A stretch of DNA of 64,000 nt from an uncultured Candidatus Saccharibacteria bacterium (GTDB taxonomy: Bacteria > Patescibacteriota > Minisyncoccia > Phycocordibacterales > UBA9973), in NCBI GenBank assembly GCA_964450735.1, contig CAYVDC010000008.1, positions 647 to 64,646 of the forward strand. The letters run 5' to 3'. Under the pieces are notes generated by a model. It had not been told where the DNA came from. It ran no database searches and was given only the letters and a program-made list of their open reading frames with translations. Below, piece by piece: positions 58,604-64,000 of this stretch; position 1 is the first letter of the stretch; each line of letters opens with the position of its first letter. A program made the position numbers and the translations under genes.

Positions 58604-58640
58604 ATAAAAGCCTGGCGCCGTAGGCGCCAGGCTTTTATGC
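58604..58640 (+). terminator. rho-independent terminator (AAAAGCCTGGCGC cgtag GCGCCAGGCTTTT)
   Basis: 13-bp stem. Confidence 0.65.
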
Positions 58641-58652
58641 TATACTGTATAT

Positions 58653-58811
58653 ATGTTCTCCCGACACCTCATCAAAATGCTCCTCGGCCTCGTCGGAATG
58701 GGACTCTTCGGCATTATTAGCCTGATCCTGATTAACCTCTATTACAAGGAGACAACGACGGACGTTAATGCTTCGGTAGAGCCTATGGCAAGCCAAGCTC
58801 GTGAGCGATAG
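58653..58811 (+). CDS. possible small membrane protein (52 aa), not in ORF track
   Basis: ATG..TAG ORF MFSRHLIKMLLGLVGMGLFGIISLILINLYYKE.. with one TM helix, after a TATACT -10-like element. Confidence 0.2.
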   Translation: MFSRHLIKMLLGLVGMGLFGIISLILINLYYKETTTDVNASVEPMASQARER

Positions 58812-58986
58812 TCGCTAACTTTACAGAATTAGCCTGCTGTGCTATATTGCCTTTGCCGTAGACAACAGGTGGGCATACCCATAAATCCTGTTTAGGTCGA
58901 TAACGTAATTCTTCGGAAGCGTTGTCACGGAATTTTATGCGGCCTCTATGGGCCGTTTTGTGTTTTTAACTGAAATCTCAAATATT

Positions 58987-59478
58987 ATGGCTATTACCAA
59001 ATCAAAGAAAGTTGAACTGCTTGCAGGATTCGAAGAGAACTTGAAAGGCGTACAGTCAATCGTATTCGTACGATTCACTAAATTGCCAGTTAAGGAAACT
59101 ATCGAATTGCGACGAGCACTTCGTGCAGAAGGCGTCGGTTACAAGGTCATCAAGAAAACATTGATGAAGCGCGTACTCGGAACCAAAGGCATCACAGGCG
59201 ACATGCCTGACATCGCCGGAGAAGTCGCTGTTGCATTCGGTGTAGATCCAATTGCTCCTGCTCGATTAGTGTATGAATTCTCAAAGACTCACAAGGGTCA
59301 GGTTGAGATCATCGGAGGAGTGTTTGAAGGACGATATATGTCAGCAAGCGAAATGCTTTCTGTCGCAACTATCCCTCCACTCAATGTCCTCTACGGTCAG
59401 TTCGTCGGTTTGCTTGCATCACCTATGCGTTCATTTGTTGTCGCTCTCGACCAGATCGCAAAGAAGCAGCAGGCTTAA
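58987..59478 (+). CDS. rplJ: 50S ribosomal protein L10
   Basis: MAITKSKKVELLAGFEENLKGVQSIVFVRF; followed by rplL. Confidence 0.85.
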   Translation: MAITKSKKVELLAGFEENLKGVQSIVFVRFTKLPVKETIELRRALRAEGVGYKVIKKTLMKRVLGTKGITGDMPDIAGEVAVAFGVDPIAPARLVYEFSKTHKGQVEIIGGVFEGRYMSASEMLSVATIPPLNVLYGQFVGLLASPMRSFVVALDQIAKKQQA

Positions 59479-59507
59479 GCATTATTTATTAAATTAGATT
59501 ACTTATT

Positions 59508-59900
59508 ATGGAAGAAACAAAAGTAGAAGTACCAGCAAAATTTGCTGACCTCGTATCAAAGATCGAAGGTTTGTCAGTTCTCGAATTGAACGAACTCGTT
59601 AAGGTTCTCGAAGCAAAATTCGGCGTATCAGCATCAGCTATGATGTCAGCAGCTCCAGCAGCTGGTGCAGCAGGTGCAGCTGAAGAAAAGGATGCATTCA
59701 CTGTTGTCCTCGCGTCAGCAGGTGAACAGAAGATTGCTGTTATGAAAGTAGTTAAGGAAGTTCTCGCACTCGGTCTTAAGGAAGCTAAGGACCTCGTAGA
59801 TGGCGCTCCAGCTACTCTCAAGGAAGGCATGAAGAAAGAAGAAGCTAACGAACTCAAGAAGAAAATTGAGGAAGCTGGCGGTAAGGTTGAACTTAAGTAA
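59508..59900 (+). CDS. rplL: 50S ribosomal protein L7/L12
   Basis: Ala-rich hinge and C-terminal [31 protein letters not shown]. Confidence 0.9.
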   Translation: MEETKVEVPAKFADLVSKIEGLSVLELNELVKVLEAKFGVSASAMMSAAPAAGAAGAAEEKDAFTVVLASAGEQKIAVMKVVKEVLALGLKEAKDLVDGAPATLKEGMKKEEANELKKKIEEAGGKVELK

Positions 59901-59921
59901 ATCCTTACTTTCTAAGCAAAT

Positions 59922-59958
59922 TAAAAAGCCGGGCGCCGAAAGCACCCGGCTTTTTTGC
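59922..59958 (+). terminator. rho-independent terminator after rplL
   Basis: AAAAAGCCGGG..CCCGGCTTTTTT. Confidence 0.65.
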
Positions 59959-60069
59959 TACCCCAAACCACCTTGGACAATCATCTTCATCCATGGTAGA
60001 AATAGGGCAATTAAATCCTATTACATCACGTGCCGCGCCTATAAGCAGAGCACATAAAACAAAAATTGT

Positions 60070-60648
60070 ATGAATGAAAAGTATGCATTAATTTCCGTTT
60101 TCAATAAGGACGGAATCGTTGAGTATGCCCAAGAGCTTATCAAGCTGGGATACACTATTGTTTCATCAGGAGGTACTGCAACGCATTTAGCTAAGCACGG
60201 TATTGAAGTTATTGACGTTCAGGTATTTACTAAAATGCCGGCAATACTTGGACACCGTGTAGTTACACTGCATCCTGCGGTTCATGCTGGTTTGCTTGCA
60301 AAAGATACTGCTGAGCACAGGGCTGAACTGGAAAAATTAGGCTTCCCGTATTTTGATGTTGTGGTAATTGATTTCTATCCGTTAAAAGACGAGATAGAAA
60401 AAGATGGTGCTACTACGGAAAGTATAATTGAAAAAATTGATATTGGCGGACCAACCATGGTAAAGGCTGCAGCAAAAGGCGGACGTGTTGTAGTTTGCAA
60501 TACCGAAGACAGACAGGCAGTTTTAGAGTGGCTGAAAGCAGACCAACCAAAGCGCGAGAAATTTATTCAAAATCTTGCAGCTACTGCATTCTCTACTGTT
60601 GTAAAGTATTATACTGACGCAGCATTATTCTATGCCGGTTTGAATTAA
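60070..60648 (+). CDS. stand-alone IMP cyclohydrolase domain (PurH N-terminal MGS-like domain) without AICAR transformylase half
   Basis: ALISVFNKDGIVEYAQEL..SSGGTA..GHRVVTLHPAVHAGLLA..IDIGGPTMVKAAAKG aligns with PurH residues 1-190. Confidence 0.65.
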   Translation: MNEKYALISVFNKDGIVEYAQELIKLGYTIVSSGGTATHLAKHGIEVIDVQVFTKMPAILGHRVVTLHPAVHAGLLAKDTAEHRAELEKLGFPYFDVVVIDFYPLKDEIEKDGATTESIIEKIDIGGPTMVKAAAKGGRVVVCNTEDRQAVLEWLKADQPKREKFIQNLAATAFSTVVKYYTDAALFYAGLN

Positions 60649-60674
60649 ATAGACATAAGAAGATATAGTCAAAT

Positions 60675-60710
60675 ACCAGGCCAACCTTTATGCGGTTGGC
60701 CTGTTTTTAT
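60675..60710 (+). terminator. rho-independent terminator (CAGGCCAACC..GGTTGGCCTG + T5)
   Basis: 10-bp perfect stem. Confidence 0.65.
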
Positions 60711-60769
60711 ATGTTTTTTAGAACATTTTCACCTTTTGCAAAATCCCTCCAAGAGAGTATACTCACACT

Positions 60770-61414
60770 ATGGAAAACCTCGGAAAACTATTCGGCAGTG
60801 CCGCAAAGGTCAAGATAATGCGATTATTTCTGCTTAACCAAGAACACGGTTTTGACGCAGGGGATGTGGCTGAACGAAGCCGCGTAACACCGGCAGCAGC
60901 CCGCCAAGAATTGAACTCTCTCACTGCGGCAGGATTCCTCAAAAAGAAGTCCTTCAGCAAAGAATGGACCGTCAAGCGCGGCAAGAAAGAAATCCTCAAA
61001 AAGAAGCGCGTACAAGGATGGTTCTTCAGAGCAGATTTTAAATACAAAGACGCGCTCCGCGACCTCGTTCTCGATACCGAGTTCGTCGACCTCCAGGCCC
61101 TCGGCAAGAAATTAAAAACGCTCGGCAAGATGAAGCTTGTCATCGCATCTGGCGTCTTTATCAAAGACCCAGAAAGCCGCCTCGATCTTTTGATAGTAGG
61201 GGATGAACTCCGCCGCCAGCCAATCGACACTACTGTCCGACTCCTTGAAGCAGAAATTGGCAAAGAACTCTCATACGCAGTTTTCGACACCGCAGACTTT
61301 CTCTACCGCGCAAACATGTACGACAAGCTCGTCCGCGATGTCATCGACCTCCCGCACGAAAAGATTCTCGATGTCGGCATCATGAACCAGATCCCAAAAG
61401 TTTCAAATAACTAA
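60770..61414 (+). CDS. hypothetical protein with N-terminal winged-helix segment
   Basis: AKVKIMRLFLLNQEHGFDAGDVAERSRVTPAAARQELNSLTAAGFL; GC-richer codons than neighbours. Confidence 0.4.
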   Translation: MENLGKLFGSAAKVKIMRLFLLNQEHGFDAGDVAERSRVTPAAARQELNSLTAAGFLKKKSFSKEWTVKRGKKEILKKKRVQGWFFRADFKYKDALRDLVLDTEFVDLQALGKKLKTLGKMKLVIASGVFIKDPESRLDLLIVGDELRRQPIDTTVRLLEAEIGKELSYAVFDTADFLYRANMYDKLVRDVIDLPHEKILDVGIMNQIPKVSNN

Positions 61415-61423
61415 CTAACCACA

Positions 61424-61458
61424 AAAAAGCCCGGAACACCAAATCCGGCTTTTTGTTT
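61424..61458 (+). terminator. rho-independent terminator
   Basis: AAAAAGCCCGGA..TCCGGCTTTTTGTTTT. Confidence 0.55.
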
Positions 61459-61587
61459 TCCACAACTATCTTTTAAATACCTACCAGGGCACTCGTTACT
61501 TGGTATAATTATATCAGTACTTTAAAGCGTCGAATCTTTAAAGCCATTAATTACGAGTAACCGCGCGGCCACGCGCAAAAAACAGTT

Positions 61588-62271
61588 ATGTTATTACAAT
61601 GGGCACAAGTGCTTACGCTCTCACTCCAGAATCTCTGGACAAGTTTCATCATGTTTATCCCAAGCTTCTTGGGAGCAGTCATCATTTTTATAATCGGATG
61701 GGTAATCGCTGACATCATCGGCAAGGCAATCAAGCAGGTCTTCGACGCCCTCAAAGTTGATCGTCTCTTTGCAAGCGCAGGAGCAGAAGAAGTCGTGCAC
61801 CGCGCAGGCTTCAAGTTTTCAGTAGGAGGATTTATTGGATGGGTTGTAAAGTGGTTCATCATTATCGTGTTCTTGATGGCATCACTCGAAATACTTGGAC
61901 TCACACAAGTTAACTTCTTCTTGCGAGACGTAGTTCTTACATATCTTCCAAACGTTATTATCTCAGCATTCATTTTGCTCGCGGCTTCAGTCCTCTCTGA
62001 TTTCGCAGCTCGCATCGTTTCAGGAACAGCAAAGGCTGCAAACGTACGATCAGCAGCAATGCTCGGAACAATCGTAAAATATGCGATCTGGTTCTTCGCA
62101 ATTGTCATGGCGCTCGCACAGTTGGGAATTGCGTCAGATTTCATGTATACGCTTTTCACAGCTCTTGTCGGCGCACTCGCACTCGCGTTCGGACTTTCAT
62201 TTGGTCTCGGCGGCCGCGATGCAGCAGCACGAGCTATCGAGCACTTCCGTTCAGAAACACACTCAGAGTAA
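61588..62271 (+). CDS. small membrane protein with repeated conserved-TM-helix segments (MscS-associated TM_helix-like)
   Basis: 4-5 TM helices with repeated ..IIG.A.. segments; 227 aa. Confidence 0.4.
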   Translation: MLLQWAQVLTLSLQNLWTSFIMFIPSFLGAVIIFIIGWVIADIIGKAIKQVFDALKVDRLFASAGAEEVVHRAGFKFSVGGFIGWVVKWFIIIVFLMASLEILGLTQVNFFLRDVVLTYLPNVIISAFILLAASVLSDFAARIVSGTAKAANVRSAAMLGTIVKYAIWFFAIVMALAQLGIASDFMYTLFTALVGALALAFGLSFGLGGRDAAARAIEHFRSETHSE

Positions 62272-62287
62272 CTACACACTCAGTGTC

Positions 62288-62331
62288 AGAAAGGGGGCGC
62301 AGGCTTTGCCTGCGCCCCCTTTCCTTTTTCT
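62288..62331 (+). terminator. rho-independent terminator (AAAGGGGGCGCAGG cttt GCCTGCGCCCCCTTT + T-run)
   Basis: 15-bp stem. Confidence 0.7.
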
Positions 62332-62357
62332 CATATCTTGTGTTATAATTTACCCAT

Positions 62358-64000
62358 ATGAAAAAAAGCATTCTCCTGGGTTCCGTATTGTCCCTCGCGG
62401 CAGGTATTTTTATCGCATCACATTTTACAGATATCACGGTGAATGCCAGACTACTTACCGCTCAAGTTATCGGAGCATTTACGAAAACTGATCTTCCGTA
62501 CAGCATTGTGCAATCAAAGATAGACCCAGAAGTTTTTACTTTTAAATATCCTATATTTGCAGGAGTGAGCCTCGAAAAAGGGCAGAAGTACTTTGATATC
62601 GCCATCCTTCCATTCGACGAACAGGCAGTGCAGAAAGCAGCTATAAAAAACAACATACAGATGAATTTCGGTAGCTTGCGTGATGCCTGGGGTTATCCAG
62701 TACATGAAAATGCGTATATGAAATTAGGCGCTTCCGGCATTAAAACTGAAATACCGACCAAAACCACGACACAGAAGACTAGTTTGGGAAATAAAATCCA
62801 GAATTTCTTTGTTCCCGTTGCTTTTGCCGCCGACGCAAATCCAAGTGTTCCAGGATTGGTAAACTGCCGGGCGAACACCGGAGTCACTGGATATTTCGAA
62901 GCATACTTTGAAGATGTTGCAGTGCATAACAATAAGGGATACGATCATCCAACCTTTGGAGCTGCTCGCCGCAATGCTGCTTGCCAAGCCCTCCAGGATT
63001 TGTCGGTTTTGATAAAACTTGATACTACTACTATTACTCCCGATATTTTGTTCCAAGTGGATCCAGGAAATATTCCAAACAACGCGCTTGCTGCAGCGTC
63101 TACTTATTATGGAAATTATTCCAATGGTACTGACGATGGTTTGTTGCATAAGCATATTATTTCACGCATAGACCCTACGCCGGTACTTGGCAGATTCGAT
63201 GCCTTTATCATCACGAACTTCGGTCCAAGCATACAATGGGATACTGATTCAAGTTTGAATGCAAATACCTACAGCCTTTCGACTGTTATTACTCACGAAG
63301 CAATGCATGCACTCGGTTTTGTCTCGCTTCTTCCTGCGGTCATTCCTGTAACAAACAGTATCCATCCGTACAGTACTTTTGATTCTGGACTTTCTAATAA
63401 CGCCGTTGTTCCACGCACATCTTTTTTTAATGCAGTCACTCGTGTCCTTCAAGTGCCAGTCGGTGCTCCATCTCCATGGTTTACTACCAATGCTGCCCTC
63501 TATCAAGGACAAAGAAATATCATAAGTTCAGGGCCTGGGCCGGTAGATCCTGTGTATAGTCCTGCATCATGGCAGCAAGGCTCATCGCTTTCACACTTCG
63601 ACATGGCTCGTTCGAGCGGACAGAGTTATGTTATGAATCCGACGACTCCTCCTAACACAGTGCAGGTACTTCATGCTGATGAGAAAGAAGTGCTTTGTCA
63701 GCAAGGATATGCCGTACAAGGACTAGCAGGGTGCGATGTCCCTACGCCAATTGCAAATGATGACTTTGGTTATCTTGGTAGTGGGGGAACGCTAAATCCC
63801 GCTTGTATTGATGTATTAGCAAACGACACATCGTTTACGACAGGTACATTGACCATGTATTCTTTGCAGGTTAGTACAGTGCAAGCTGGCGATACCATAC
63901 AATATTTTAGTGACAGCAATTGTACTGGGTCAGTACTGTCTGTAGCCAATGGAAACGGCGCAAAATCCTTGCGCTTTACTCCAGGTGCCAACCAATCATC
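62358..64000 (+). CDS. secreted HExxH zinc-metallopeptidase-like protein, 3'-partial (runs off window end)
   Basis: ATG at 62358 after in-frame TAA and extended -10 (TGtTATAAT); signal peptide MKKSILLGSVLSLAAGIFIA; TVITHEAMHALGF zincin motif at 63291; no stop in frame before 64000, and the supplied track lists no + strand ORF of 60 aa or more in any frame over this span, hence missing from the track. Confidence 0.55.
   Translation, partial: MKKSILLGSVLSLAAGIFIASHFTDITVNARLLTAQVIGAFTKTDLPYSIVQSKIDPEVFTFKYPIFAGVSLEKGQKYFDIAILPFDEQAVQKAAIKNNIQMNFGSLRDAWGYPVHENAYMKLGASGIKTEIPTKTTTQKTSLGNKIQNFFVPVAFAADANPSVPGLVNCRANTGVTGYFEAYFEDVAVHNNKGYDHPTFGAARRNAACQALQDLSVLIKLDTTTITPDILFQVDPGNIPNNALAAASTYYGNYSNGTDDGLLHKHIISRIDPTPVLGRFDAFIITNFGPSIQWDTDSSLNANTYSLSTVITHEAMHALGFVSLLPAVIPVTNSIHPYSTFDSGLSNNAVVPRTSFFNAVTRVLQVPVGAPSPWFTTNAALYQGQRNIISSGPGPVDPVYSPASWQQGSSLSHFDMARSSGQSYVMNPTTPPNTVQVLHADEKEVLCQQGYAVQGLAGCDVPTPIANDDFGYLGSGGTLNPACIDVLANDTSFTTGTLTMYSLQVSTVQAGDTIQYFSDSNCTGSVLSVANGNGAKSLRFTPGANQS

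Noticed and set aside
59959-60069. possible ZTP (pfl) riboswitch ahead of the PurH-domain gene
   Set aside because: I looked for the conserved GGGUCGUGACUGGCG and CCGCCUGGGCA elements and did not find them. Only a generic spacer with a weak promoter-like sequence is present.
60763-61290. 175-aa minus-strand ORF
   Set aside because: Fully antisense to the 60770..61414 wHTH gene; Arg/Ser-rich composition typical of reverse-strand artefacts in a GC-richer gene.
1-64000. tRNA, rRNA, CRISPR arrays, transposases or integrases
   Set aside because: I scanned all intergenic spacers longer than 80 nt for T-loop-like GTTCGAATC/GTTCAAATC motifs, clover-leaf potential and direct repeats, and found none. 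No protein resembled a transposase, integrase or reverse transcriptase.

Overview
This 64 kb window is gene-dense, with about 60 protein genes and almost no non-coding space. It comes from a small, moderately AT-rich bacterial genome. The gene content and style (many short N-terminally membrane-anchored hypothetical proteins, compact housekeeping genes, a short RecO, a stand-alone PurH-N domain) suggest a reduced CPR/Patescibacteria-like lineage. That placement is inference only. Recognisable housekeeping genes are: four aminoacyl-tRNA synthetases (argS, ileS, glyQS-type GlyRS, metG), rpsF-ssb-rpsR, rplJ-rplL, efp, recA, recO, ftsK, a DEAD-box helicase, tatD, an MsbA-like ABC exporter, an M16 peptidase, and AI-2E and DMT transporters. 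I found no rRNA, tRNA, CRISPR array or transposase. Most genes end in clear rho-independent hairpin terminators, several of which serve two convergent genes. Positions 2.5-18.5 kb hold an unusually complete thymidylate (dTTP) and one-carbon module: 5-formyl-THF cyclo-ligase, dCMP deaminase, a YjjX-like ITPase, folA, thyA, glyA, tmk and dut. Inside it, thyA and folA sit in one minus-strand operon with two uncharacterised genes between them, one of them a 565-aa cysteine-rich protein with multiple zinc ribbons. Other points worth a second look: (1) IleS carries a roughly 190-aa histidine-phosphatase (PGAM-like) domain inserted in its catalytic core, and a T-box leader precedes it. (2) A P-loop kinase-like domain fused to a CYTH domain sits next to metG, and a second stand-alone CYTH gene sits next to glyQS. 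(3) A terminator-bracketed gene for a secreted protein with a Bacteroidetes-style C-terminal sorting-domain-like tail is flanked by two paralogous small secreted proteins. (4) A giant peptidoglycan-binding surface protein has an 810-nt leader containing a perfect 13-bp inverted repeat, just downstream of an HTH protein gene. (5) A stand-alone IMP-cyclohydrolase (PurH N-terminal) domain gene. (6) An HExxH metallopeptidase-like ORF runs off the 3' end and is absent from the supplied ORF track.
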